A DNA stretch of 28,514 nt from a virus (Duplodnaviria > Heunggongvirae > Uroviricota > Caudoviricetes), in the IMG/VR virus record IMGVR_UViG_2534682329_000006. One strand, given 5' to 3'. Below the pieces are notes generated by a model. It worked only from the letters and a program-made list of their open reading frames with translations. It ran no database searches and was not told the DNA's origin. The stretch's first letter is position 1, and each line of letters starts with the position of its first letter. This document shows, one piece after another, positions 9,443 to 18,106 of the stretch. Position numbers and translations under genes: made by a program.

Positions 9443-9460
9443 TGTACCGACAACCACACA
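9443..9460. promoter_or_regulatory. Candidate late-promoter activator site (TGT-N12-ACA) in the divergent O/P promoter region
   Basis: TGTACCGACAACCACACA between the divergent O and P starts, where P2 has its divergent late promoters. Confidence 0.45.
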
Positions 9461-9506
9461 AACCGCAGGCGGGGAAAGCCTTCATTCAAGGCTGTAGGTT
9501 TGTGCC

Positions 9507-11273
9507 ATGAACACCACACTGACATCCGCAGATCTCGATCCCCGTCGGCAGGCCATGCTGCTGTACTTTCAGGGATACCGCGTAGCCCGCATTGCTGAAA
9601 TGCTGGGCGAGAAAGTTGCAACCGTTCACAGCTGGAAGAAACGCGACAAGTGGGGTGACTATGGGCCGCTGGATCAGATGCAGCTCACCACCGCCGCACG
9701 TTACTGCCAGCTCATTATGAAGGAGCACAAAGAAGGGAAAGATTTCAAAGAAATTGACCTGCTGGCGCGCCAGTCGGAGCGCCACGCGCGGATCGGCAAG
9801 TTTAACAATGGCGGCAACGAAGCCGACTTAAACCCTAACGTCGCCAACCGCAACAAAGGCCCGCGCCGTCAGCCGGAAAAGAATGTTTTCACCGATGAAC
9901 AGATAGATAAACTGGAAGAAATCTTCCATTCCTCCATGTTCAACTACCAGCGCCACTGGTGGGAAGCCGGAAAAACCAACCGCATCCGCAACCTGCTGAA
10001 GTCACGCCAGATCGGCGCGACCTTTTACTTTGCCCGTGAAGCCCTGATTGACGCCCTGCTTACCGGACGTAACCAGATTTTCCTTTCTGCCAGTAAGGCA
10101 CAGGCTCACGTCTTTAAGCAGTACATCATCGACTTCGCCAAAGAAGTCGAGGTGGAGCTGAAAGGCGATCCGATGGTGCTTCCTAACGGGGCCACGCTTT
10201 ACTTCCTCGGCACCAATGCCCGCACGGCGCAGAGTTACCACGGCAACCTGTATCTGGATGAATATTTCTGGATACCGAAATTCCAGGAGTTGCGCAAAGT
10301 GGCTTCCGGTATGGCTATTCACAAGAAATGGCGACAAACCTATTTTTCCACGCCATCCAGCCTGACCCACAGTGCTTATCCGTTCTGGTCCGGTGCGCTG
10401 TTCAACCGTGGACGCAACAAAGCTGACAAGGTGGACATCGACCTGTCCCACAGCAATCTGGCCCCCGGCCTACTGTGCGCAGACGGGCAATACCGCCAGA
10501 TAGTCACCGTGGAAGATGCGGTGCGCGGCGGCTGTAACCTGTTCGACCTCGACCAGCTGCGCATGGAGTACAGCCCGGACGAATACCAGAACCTGCTGAT
10601 GTGCGAGTTCGTGGACGATCTCGCGTCCGTGTTCCCGCTCAGCGAACTGCAGGCGTGCATGGTGGACAGCTGGGAAGTCTGGACCGACTTTCATGCACTG
10701 GCCCTGCGCCCGTTTGGCTGGCGCGAAGTGTGGATCGGTTATGACCCGGCAAAAGGTACGCAGAACGGCGACAGTGCCGGATGCGTGGTGGTGGCTCCGC
10801 CAGCCGTGCCGGGTGGTAAGTTCCGCATTCTTGAGCGTCACCAGTGGCGCGGGATGGACTTCCGCGCCCAGGCTGACGCCATCAAAAAACTGACCGAACA
10901 GTATAACGTGACCTATATCGGTATCGACTCGACCGGCGTCGGTCACGGGGTTTACGAGAACGTGAAAGCGTTTTTTCCTGCCGTCAGGGAGTTTGTCTAC
11001 AACCCCAACGTTAAAAACGCCCTGGTACTCAAGGCCTACGACATTATCAGCCACCGCCGTCTGGAGTTTGACGCCGGGCACACCGACATTGCGCAGTCAT
11101 TTATGGCAATCCGTCGCGCTACCACTGCCAGTGGCAACCGCCCGACCTATGAAGCAAGCCGCAGCGAAGAAGCCAGCCATGCCGATCTGGCCTGGGCAAC
11201 AATGCACGCACTGTTTAACGAACCGCTGCAGGGCGAGTCCGCCAATACCAGCAATATTGTGGAGATTTTTTGA
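9507..11273 (+). CDS. P: Terminase ATPase/large subunit gpP
   Basis: 588-aa ORF (P2 gpP 590 aa); divergent from O and followed by Q as in P2. Confidence 0.9.
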   Translation: MNTTLTSADLDPRRQAMLLYFQGYRVARIAEMLGEKVATVHSWKKRDKWGDYGPLDQMQLTTAARYCQLIMKEHKEGKDFKEIDLLARQSERHARIGKFNNGGNEADLNPNVANRNKGPRRQPEKNVFTDEQIDKLEEIFHSSMFNYQRHWWEAGKTNRIRNLLKSRQIGATFYFAREALIDALLTGRNQIFLSASKAQAHVFKQYIIDFAKEVEVELKGDPMVLPNGATLYFLGTNARTAQSYHGNLYLDEYFWIPKFQELRKVASGMAIHKKWRQTYFSTPSSLTHSAYPFWSGALFNRGRNKADKVDIDLSHSNLAPGLLCADGQYRQIVTVEDAVRGGCNLFDLDQLRMEYSPDEYQNLLMCEFVDDLASVFPLSELQACMVDSWEVWTDFHALALRPFGWREVWIGYDPAKGTQNGDSAGCVVVAPPAVPGGKFRILERHQWRGMDFRAQADAIKKLTEQYNVTYIGIDSTGVGHGVYENVKAFFPAVREFVYNPNVKNALVLKAYDIISHRRLEFDAGHTDIAQSFMAIRRATTASGNRPTYEASRSEEASHADLAWATMHALFNEPLQGESANTSNIVEIF

Positions 11274-12310
11274 TGGGAAAGAGTAAAAAAAAATGCGCTG
11301 CGGCGACGAACCAGATCCAGCATAAAAGCCAAGCTTCAGCCGAAGCATTCAGCTTCGGTGATCCCATTCCAGTACTTGACCGCCGCGAACTGCTGGACTA
11401 TGTGGAATGCGTACAGACAGATCGCTGGTATGAACCTCCCGTCAGCTTTGACGGACTGGCGCGCACCTTCCGCGCTGCCGTGCATCACAGTTCACCAATT
11501 GCAGTGAAATGCAACATTCTGACCAGCACCTACATCCCTCACCCGCTGCTCAGCCAGCAGGCTTTTTCGCGTTTTGTGCAGGACTATCTGGTTTTTGGTA
11601 ACGCCTACCTGGAGAAACGCACGAACCGCTTCGGTGAAGTTATCGCCCTTGAGCCTGCACTGGCAAAATACACCCGACGCGGGTTAGACCTGGATACCTA
11701 CTGGTTTGTGCAATACGGTATGACAACCCAGCCGTATCAGTTCACGAAAGGCAGCATTTTTCATCTGATGGAACCGGACATTAACCAGGAGATCTACGGC
11801 CTGCCCGGTTATCTTTCTGCCATTCCGTCAGCTCTGCTCAACGAGTCCGCCACGCTGTTCCGCCGCAAGTATTACATTAACGGCAGTCATGCAGGCTTCA
11901 TCATGTACATGACCGATGCTGCGCAGAACCAGGAGGATGTGAACAACCTCCGCAATGCGATGAAAAGCGCCAAAGGTCCTGGTAACTTCCGTAACCTGTT
12001 TATGTACTCGCCTAACGGTAAAAAGGACGGGCTTCAGATTATCCCGTTGTCAGAAGTGGCGGCGAAGGATGAGTTCCTGAATATCAAGAACGTGAGCCGG
12101 GACGACATGATGGCGGCGCATCGTGTGCCGCCACAAATGATGGGGATAATGCCTAATAATGTCGGGGGGTTTGGGGATGTGGAGAAGGCTAGTCGAGTGT
12201 TTGTCCGCAATGAACTGATGCCACTGCAAAAGCGGCTGCAAGAGCTGAACAACTGGCTAGGTGAAAAAGTGATTTGTTTTGAATCTTACAACTTAGATAT
12301 TTCTGAGTAA
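11270..12310 (+). CDS. Q: Portal protein gpQ
   Basis: 346-aa ORF (P2 gpQ 344 aa); start overlaps the P stop; last gene before the cos region. Confidence 0.88.
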   Translation: MMGKSKKKCAAATNQIQHKSQASAEAFSFGDPIPVLDRRELLDYVECVQTDRWYEPPVSFDGLARTFRAAVHHSSPIAVKCNILTSTYIPHPLLSQQAFSRFVQDYLVFGNAYLEKRTNRFGEVIALEPALAKYTRRGLDLDTYWFVQYGMTTQPYQFTKGSIFHLMEPDINQEIYGLPGYLSAIPSALLNESATLFRRKYYINGSHAGFIMYMTDAAQNQEDVNNLRNAMKSAKGPGNFRNLFMYSPNGKKDGLQIIPLSEVAAKDEFLNIKNVSRDDMMAAHRVPPQMMGIMPNNVGGFGDVEKASRVFVRNELMPLQKRLQELNNWLGEKVICFESYNLDISE

Positions 12311-12314
12311 ATTA

Positions 12315-12350
12315 AAGCGCCTGCATTTGCAGGCATTCTATTATTCTTTA
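12315..12350. terminator. Bidirectional rho-independent terminator between convergent Q and the 98-aa ORF
   Basis: Hairpin GCCTGC-ATTT-GCAGGC (12319..12334) flanked by T-rich sequence on both strands, directly after the Q stop codon. Confidence 0.55.
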
Positions 12351-12637
12351 ATTAGTGCCCCCCATACGGAGTCCATATCAACTTCCTCAACTACAATGCA
12401 AATGGAGCAATGAACATGACCATCAGCAATGCGTAGGTAATTGAAAAGCCTTGTTTTCACCCGCCCATCAAATTGAGCACGCCCACCCTTATTCGTAATT
12501 GTTACGTAGTCTCCCACATTTGGAAGCATCAAAAGCGAGTTGTCTTCTGAATTACACCCTACAACCTCTCCATCATCATCAGGGCGATCCTGACCTTTGC
12601 GCATATATTGAAAATCATAGCTATAAGTAGTTTTCAT
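12341..12637 (-). CDS. Hypothetical small protein (98 aa) between Q and cos
   Basis: Open reading frame only; no motif recognised; weak Shine-Dalgarno; AT-rich relative to flanking core genes. Confidence 0.35.
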   Translation of the reverse strand: MKTTYSYDFQYMRKGQDRPDDDGEVVGCNSEDNSLLMLPNVGDYVTITNKGGRAQFDGRVKTRLFNYLRIADGHVHCSICIVVEEVDMDSVWGALIKE

Positions 12638-12842
12638 AAATGTCTTACTATTCCAATTTTTAACTAACCCAGAAGTTATATCTTAGACCTAAACTGTCTC
12701 AGTCACCGTTAACTTCATCACAACGATTTAACACATCCTGCATGCCTATCTAACGTGAGAGCCGTTTATACCTACAAAACTAACTACGTTCCTGAGCCAG
12801 TAAATTGCGGTGGATTTTGACCATTTTACCCCAGAGTGCGCG

Positions 12843-12861
12843 CTCGTATCCCCGCCACGCC
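12843..12861 (-). other. Candidate cos site (cohesive-end sequence)
   Basis: Minus strand reads GGCGTGGCGGGGATACGAG; the first 13 nt fit the P2/186 cohesive-end sequence as I remember it (GGCG[A/T]GGCGGGGA…); lies where cos is expected, between Q and the accessory/A region. Confidence 0.45.
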
Positions 12862-12902
12862 TGCCCGCTTTATGTAGCAGTTTTCATGCGCCTGCATGAC
12901 AT

Positions 12903-12930
12903 AAGCAAAAGCCCGCCATTCCTGGCGGGC
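12903..12930 (-). terminator. Rho-independent terminator of the accessory operon (minus strand)
   Basis: 8-bp GC-rich stem GCCCGCCA/TGGCGGGC with a 4-nt loop (12911..12930), followed on the minus strand by TTTTGCTTAT; about 100 nt downstream of the HIRAN gene stop. Confidence 0.6.
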
Positions 12931-13031
12931 CTCAGCTAAAACGATCATCAAACGATCATGCGGATTTATGCGGCATAGACATGCACTAAATCAAGAGCAC
13001 CTTATTACCGGCAAGCATGAATAAACATGCT

Positions 13032-13736
13032 TCACCGAACGGATACTTTTGCATAAATCAAAGGCCTATCCGAAGAGCCATTTTTACGTACGACCACTCC
13101 ACTGACATCATGGTTTTTACTTAGATCACGTAATGCGGCGCACAATGCCTTGTTGACATATCCGAGATGATTGTCGTTTTTCGTAACCAATATGGCCAGC
13201 GGATCAACCGTATTGGTATCTTCATTCCGCAATATGACTTCATCACCAATTGATATCTCATCAAGCGCTAGACGCCCTTCCTTGATCATGTGCCTCGTTC
13301 CAGCGACCTCCATGACGTAATCGAAAGGTGGCCGAACAGAAGACAAGTCTGGGACAAAATAAAAACCATCACTAGCAACTTTTCCGCCAGTACATGCGAG
13401 CAAAACGAAGTCATTCTCTCTAAAATCAGCAGGAAGACGAAACGTCAGCAAGTAATCGTCAAAATCTTCTCTTTTCCTGGAGGGTAACCTTCTTGAAAAG
13501 GTTTGCATAACGTCTTTGCGATGAGTCGCAACTTTTATATCAAAAGCAGGAAAACCGCGAAAGCCGTTATCCCTAGCTTTAGCAAAATCTTTGCTATCAG
13601 TAAGATAATTAAACTCGTAGCCTTCAGACTCATCTTGAAGAAGCTCACCAACGACATAGCGAGAGCCTCCGTCAACCGGTTGCCATGTCAGTAAGAGCCT
13701 ACTGGGCATGGGAATGTTTTCTATTAAGATAGTCAT
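13032..13736 (-). CDS. HIRAN-domain protein (unknown N-terminal domain plus C-terminal HIRAN-like domain)
   Basis: C-terminal segment (…GDEVILRNEDTNTVDPLAILVTKNDNHLGYVNKALCAALRDL…) fits the HIRAN pattern (L.RE..N..D.NAI.V....LGY…A..L); start overlaps the kinase stop (ATGA coupling). Confidence 0.6.
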   Translation of the reverse strand: MTILIENIPMPSRLLLTWQPVDGGSRYVVGELLQDESEGYEFNYLTDSKDFAKARDNGFRGFPAFDIKVATHRKDVMQTFSRRLPSRKREDFDDYLLTFRLPADFRENDFVLLACTGGKVASDGFYFVPDLSSVRPPFDYVMEVAGTRHMIKEGRLALDEISIGDEVILRNEDTNTVDPLAILVTKNDNHLGYVNKALCAALRDLSKNHDVSGVVVRKNGSSDRPLIYAKVSVR

Positions 13737-14644
13737 GAAGTAACACCTTTAATCAGTTCAATACGCATGTTTGTTACACGAACAATCCATGCAGCACGTT
13801 CTCTAGTCAGCGGAACAGGGCAGTTTATTTCCGTCAACTCCGCAAAAGTTGACTCCCAAAAATCATGGTTCAAAAGAGCCAGTTTTTCAGCTACCCGCTG
13901 TTTTAATGCTTCTTTTTTATCACAAAGTTCTTTGATGAACTCTAAATGACCTAATCTCTGATACTCATCTTTGCCCAGAGTCTTACGCAAATGATGCCTT
14001 CCCCGGCCAACATGCTCCCTGAGTCTATGATCGGTCCAATCGGCAACATGCTCCGGAAAGCGTTCGTAACATAAGCTCGTACCATTATCGAAAAATGGTG
14101 CAAGCTGACACTCGCTGGCTAAAGGTGAAAAGACAAACCCCCAATTTTCTTGATGTCTATCTGTATTACCTATCACAGCGTCAAAGAGAGCCATGTCCTC
14201 CAACCACTCAACATAGTCAACTTTAAGAGCTTTCGCGATAATCCTCAGCCCTTCAAGGGAATGCTGAGCTCCTTTCTCGCGATCAAAATTTGGATCTCTT
14301 CGGACAAAGTAATCACCAGCGGGAGCAAATTTCTCATAATCTTTATGATGAAACCACTCAATGAGGGCCCCGCAAAACGTATGCCCCAAATCATTAGTCT
14401 TTACCGATGGAACTGCTTTGGGGACATCAAAACCAAGCTTCAATCCAATCCTGTAGGCAACGATCTCACACCAAAATTGATCTGGATACTTTTTAATACT
14501 TCTCTTAAAAAGATACGGCCACGATGCTTTGATACCATGGGGTGCTACATCAGGGGAAATAACCAATGCCTTAGAGCGAGCACCAACAGGATATTGTGCG
14601 AAAACATCTAGCTCAGTCCAATTGGTTACATCTAAGCAATCCAT
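13733..14644 (-). CDS. HipA-family serine/threonine kinase, short form (303 aa, lacks the HipA N-terminal subdomain)
   Basis: Catalytic-loop motif FDAVIGNTDRHQENWGF matches the HipA/CtkA signature (…IGNTD.H..N…); about 300 aa versus about 440 for E. coli HipA. Confidence 0.7.
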   Translation of the reverse strand: MDCLDVTNWTELDVFAQYPVGARSKALVISPDVAPHGIKASWPYLFKRSIKKYPDQFWCEIVAYRIGLKLGFDVPKAVPSVKTNDLGHTFCGALIEWFHHKDYEKFAPAGDYFVRRDPNFDREKGAQHSLEGLRIIAKALKVDYVEWLEDMALFDAVIGNTDRHQENWGFVFSPLASECQLAPFFDNGTSLCYERFPEHVADWTDHRLREHVGRGRHHLRKTLGKDEYQRLGHLEFIKELCDKKEALKQRVAEKLALLNHDFWESTFAELTEINCPVPLTRERAAWIVRVTNMRIELIKGVTS

Positions 14645-14659
14645 AGCTAAGTCCTATAT

Positions 14660-15220
14660 TTATTTTTTATTTAAATTCATATAGATATGAGAAACCAGTG
14701 CGATCTGAAATAAAACATCATCGAATGCTGTGTGCCTGATGCCAGTGAACTTTTTGTCAGCATGAGAAAAAATTCCTTTGCTTTCACCAAGCGCTAAGAT
14801 GGTTCTGACGTCAAGAGTATCTCTGAATGACCATGGGCACTCCAGACCTGCCTGTGACAGGGCATGATGCATGATAGTGCAGTCGAACTCTTTCCCGTTT
14901 CCCCACACTTTTACTCGGCCATTACGATTATGAAGAACAAACGCCACAAATTCATTCAGAACGTCTAAAAGGTCCTTAGTGCCACCAAAATTTTCGTTTT
15001 TAGCTTCAGAACTTTGATACATCCACCACTTTACAGTGGAGGGGGCAATGGTTCTGCCTGCTTGTTCATGATCAAGCGAAATAACTTGATAGAAACCCGG
15101 ACCAACCTCGCCAGTCTCCGGCACGAAGAAAGCCGCACCAACCGAAAGGATATAAGCCGTTTTTTCAACATCCAATGTTTCTATATCTAACATTACATGA
15201 TTCATAACAAGCATTTGCAA
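14660..15220 (-). CDS. DEDDh-type (DnaQ-like) 3'-5' exonuclease
   Basis: Exo I motif MLDIETLD near the N-terminus and Exo III motif HTAFDD near the C-terminus; about 185 aa. The track start is TTG; in-frame ATGs follow at 15214, 15205 and 15193. Confidence 0.7.
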   Translation of the reverse strand: MQMLVMNHVMLDIETLDVEKTAYILSVGAAFFVPETGEVGPGFYQVISLDHEQAGRTIAPSTVKWWMYQSSEAKNENFGGTKDLLDVLNEFVAFVLHNRNGRVKVWGNGKEFDCTIMHHALSQAGLECPWSFRDTLDVRTILALGESKGIFSHADKKFTGIRHTAFDDVLFQIALVSHIYMNLNKK

Positions 15221-15361
15221 CCATTTAGTAAAAATTGAACGCCATTACCACATTAGGGTATGGCAGGTTCGTTTGTGAACGAAAACGAGTGTTCTGATTG
15301 TAACCCAAGTTAAAAGTTCAAGCGTCGTAACTTTCACTCGGTTGTTTTCAGCTTTGAAAAA

Positions 15362-15550
15362 CTAACCAGGAAGATCCATTGAGCGGTTGTATTCATGAGC
15401 GCGAATCTTCGCCATAAGCTCATCGGTCAACTCCGAAACCCACTGGATAGCCAGCCGCTTTTCTTCGTCGTTACACTCACTAGCCGCTACAAGCTTAATA
15501 AAAAAATCAATGCGCTGGAGCTTCAACGACTCCAAAAGATAGTCCTGCAT
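15362..15550 (-). CDS. Small hypothetical protein (about 62 aa) downstream of the LexA box; possible SOS-induced regulator (Tum-like antirepressor is a guess)
   Basis: In-frame ATG at 15550 is preceded by a strong Shine-Dalgarno (GGAGGG); the longer track ORF (to 15667) would run through the LexA box and promoter. No sequence motif recognised. Confidence 0.4.
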   Translation of the reverse strand: MQDYLLESLKLQRIDFFIKLVAASECNDEEKRLAIQWVSELTDELMAKIRAHEYNRSMDLPG

Positions 15551-15599
15551 CTTCCCTCCTATCACGACCACGGACACACGATAGCTGTATGCATGCATA

Positions 15600-15615
15600 C
15601 TGTATATATATACAG
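15600..15615. promoter_or_regulatory. LexA operator (SOS box)
   Basis: CTGTATATATATACAG is a perfect match to the LexA consensus CTGT-N8-ACAG with an ideal AT-rich spacer; lies about 50 nt upstream of the small ORF and inside a promoter-like AT-rich region (TTGACG on the minus strand upstream). Confidence 0.75.
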
Positions 15616-15712
15616 TACACCCCTGGTATTCAAATGTAAAATATTTTTTATCCGTCAATGAGAACACTCTGGCGCAGAGTCGTTAAGAGCATGAATTGTT
15701 AAAGCCTTGCTG

Positions 15713-18106
15713 TCAGTACCACTGCCGCCATTTGTCATCTTCCTGCAGCCGGTGTTTGCGGTAAAAAATACGCAGCCCGGCACCTGACGGAATGCTGCCG
15801 CCACGTAAAAGTAGATCCACTTCAGCATCGCTTGCATTAAATCCCCGGGAGCTGAGTTCTGCCTCAAGCTGCAGGCGCTGTTGCTCCGAAATACTCTGTA
15901 TGTATGCTTTTTTCCGCTTCGGTTTTACCAGTCTCAACCTGGCTGTCAGCTCCCGGCGTTCCTTCTGGCCCATATTGTGTAGGTAATCCTGCAGTTCCTG
16001 CTCATTCATGGTTTTAATATCGGGCAGCTCCCCCCCTGTCTGGTTCAAATTTTCAACAGGGGGACAGTTATTGCCACGAGTCCAAGGGGCGCAAGCGCCC
16101 TGGTCGGCTGCCGCCTCCTGAACGTCAACGGCTTTACGAACCATTTTCCACTTCACTGCATGAGTGCAGATCTTGCCCTCTGCAATGGGTGACCAGATGC
16201 CATAAATACGAATGCCGTGATCGCCATAGGCGGTCGGCTCTTCGTTGATTTCATAAGCGGTTCTGATGAGGTGATATTTACGGGGTACCAGTACGCCGCC
16301 CTGCTTCATGATGTAGGTGGCAAAACAACCAGCATCAGCAGCAGCCAGAATGGCATCAAGACGCGGGTTATCCAGTACCGGCGCACCTGCTTTTTTGTCA
16401 CCCTGTTGCCTTGCCGCCTGACCAGCCAGCAAGCGAAGTTCACGGTAAGCCTGACGCCCCGGAATACCAAAGAAGCGGAATTGCTGAACACGATGCAGAG
16501 ACGCCCAGGCATTCACGTATTCAGCGTTATCACGCAGAGATTTACCCGTTTCCTTGCTGATCTCGCCAGCCAGACCACGACCGTCAATGTTCTTACTGAT
16601 ATATTTCGCGATGTAGCTTGTCGGCGTTCCTTTGCGCGGGTTAATCAACTCAGACTTAAAGCGCGGCCCAGTGTTATTGCCCAGCTCCTCGCGGTCTTCA
16701 CGGATGGCAAACTTACGCAGTAATGCAGTGATGGCACGGCGGTCTTTTTTGCGCATGAAACACAACAGGTGCCAGTGAACTGTGCCATCATGATGCGGCT
16801 CAGCCACCCGCACGCCATACCAGCGCAACCCGGCTTTGTGCATCGCCTTACGAAATGCAGCAAACATGCCGACCAGATAATCGCTGCTTTGTCTTACCGT
16901 CGCGTTTGTCCAGGTCGGGTTTGGTCTGCCGTTATTTAGCGTGGAATGGAAACGCGACGGACAGGTGATAGTGTAGAAAACGGCGCAGTCACCGCGCATT
17001 TCCGCGATAAGCTCCAGACCTTTAACACAGGCCATCATCTCATTGCGGCGATGCGCAGGGTTGCTGCTGCTGGCGTTTACCACATCCTCCATGTCCAGCG
17101 TGTCGCCGTCTTCGTTCACCAGTTCATGAGAACGGAAAAACTCCAGCGACTTACGGCGCTGCTCACGTTTATGCATCACGGCTTCATAGCTGACATAAGG
17201 AGATGCTTTTTTGCTGACCAGGCAAACAGCGCGCAACTGCTCTTCCCGCCATTCGCAACGCATCTTCCATAATTTCCGATACCACCAGTCGGCGCACAAC
17301 ATACGCGCCAGCGAACCCGGAATGAGTTCATAGGGCACGGGTTTACGGCGGTTTCTTTTCCGACGGAGTTGCTCAAACGCAGGTGGGATGACATCCAGAC
17401 GCAGGGTTTCCGCTGCCACCTTTTCCCATGTCTTGCGGATTTCTTCTGGCTTAACGTCATCGGTGGCATACAAATCACCACAAGCTGCATCAAGGCACAT
17501 ACTCATATGCGCAGCTACCAGGGTGGACAGGCGTTTCACCTGATCCTGACTCATTTCAGGCAGGATCAGCAGGCCGTCCAGCCCTTCATGGCTTGCCATA
17601 AAGCGAAAAGATGCAGATAGCTGACTGTCGCGTACATGCTCCAGTCGTTCCAGACATGGCTTAATCGTCTCACGTAAATAGCGGGAATAAGCCTTTGGCC
17701 TGCCCAGGCTGCTGAAGTATTTAATACGTTGCATCAGCGGCTTGCTGATATGGGAAGGCTGAGCGTTGACATCCGCCAGAATGACCATGTCCGGATTAAA
17801 ACGCTGCTGCTCATGCGCCAGCTTTGCCCGGCTAATTAGCTTATCCTGCTCCATTTCGCGCTGGACAGGATCACGGGATTCATTAAAGAAATAACGCTCC
17901 CAGACCTGATCACTCAGTGCCTCGCGGCGCAGTTGTTCCTGCTCGTTATCGGCAGCGTACAGAGTGATCAGGTTTGAAAGCGCAGAAACCGGCGCAACTT
18001 CCGCCGGGTCCAGATAAGGGTTAATGGCCTTTTTCGGGCTGTTCCATGAGAATGCTGCGGCAGCCTCGTTAAAGCCGCAGCAGTTGTTCATATCGGCATG
18101 ACTCAT
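15713..18106 (-). CDS. A: Replication initiation protein gpA (rolling-circle HUH endonuclease)
   Basis: 797-aa ORF (P2 gpA 761 aa) with the HUH motif (…[10 protein letters not shown]…); start overlaps the dam stop. Confidence 0.88.
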   Translation of the reverse strand: MSHADMNNCCGFNEAAAAFSWNSPKKAINPYLDPAEVAPVSALSNLITLYAADNEQEQLRREALSDQVWERYFFNESRDPVQREMEQDKLISRAKLAHEQQRFNPDMVILADVNAQPSHISKPLMQRIKYFSSLGRPKAYSRYLRETIKPCLERLEHVRDSQLSASFRFMASHEGLDGLLILPEMSQDQVKRLSTLVAAHMSMCLDAACGDLYATDDVKPEEIRKTWEKVAAETLRLDVIPPAFEQLRRKRNRRKPVPYELIPGSLARMLCADWWYRKLWKMRCEWREEQLRAVCLVSKKASPYVSYEAVMHKREQRRKSLEFFRSHELVNEDGDTLDMEDVVNASSSNPAHRRNEMMACVKGLELIAEMRGDCAVFYTITCPSRFHSTLNNGRPNPTWTNATVRQSSDYLVGMFAAFRKAMHKAGLRWYGVRVAEPHHDGTVHWHLLCFMRKKDRRAITALLRKFAIREDREELGNNTGPRFKSELINPRKGTPTSYIAKYISKNIDGRGLAGEISKETGKSLRDNAEYVNAWASLHRVQQFRFFGIPGRQAYRELRLLAGQAARQQGDKKAGAPVLDNPRLDAILAAADAGCFATYIMKQGGVLVPRKYHLIRTAYEINEEPTAYGDHGIRIYGIWSPIAEGKICTHAVKWKMVRKAVDVQEAAADQGACAPWTRGNNCPPVENLNQTGGELPDIKTMNEQELQDYLHNMGQKERRELTARLRLVKPKRKKAYIQSISEQQRLQLEAELSSRGFNASDAEVDLLLRGGSIPSGAGLRIFYRKHRLQEDDKWRQWY

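Noticed and set aside
9501-9518. Second TGT-N12-ACA match (TGTGCCATGAACACCACA) near the P gene start
   Set aside because: It overlaps the start codon and first codons of terminase gene P, so it cannot sit at about -55 of any promoter for P; likely a chance match.
9507-12310. Long antisense ORFs inside P and Q (for example 10470..11081 and 10002..10451 on the minus strand)
   Set aside because: They lie entirely within and antisense to the terminase and portal genes, which have strong size and synteny support; such frames are common in GC-rich coding DNA.
15395-15661. Plus-strand 88-aa ORF overlapping the LexA box region
   Set aside because: It overlaps the minus-strand small ORF and runs through the LexA box/promoter; it has no ribosome-binding site and its orientation points into the 3' end of gene A. 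The region is better explained as promoter plus the minus-strand small ORF.
15551-15667. N-terminal extension of the track ORF 15362..15667 (GTG start at 15667)
   Set aside because: The extension would translate the palindromic LexA operator itself; an internal ATG at 15550 with a strong GGAGGG Shine-Dalgarno is the more plausible start.
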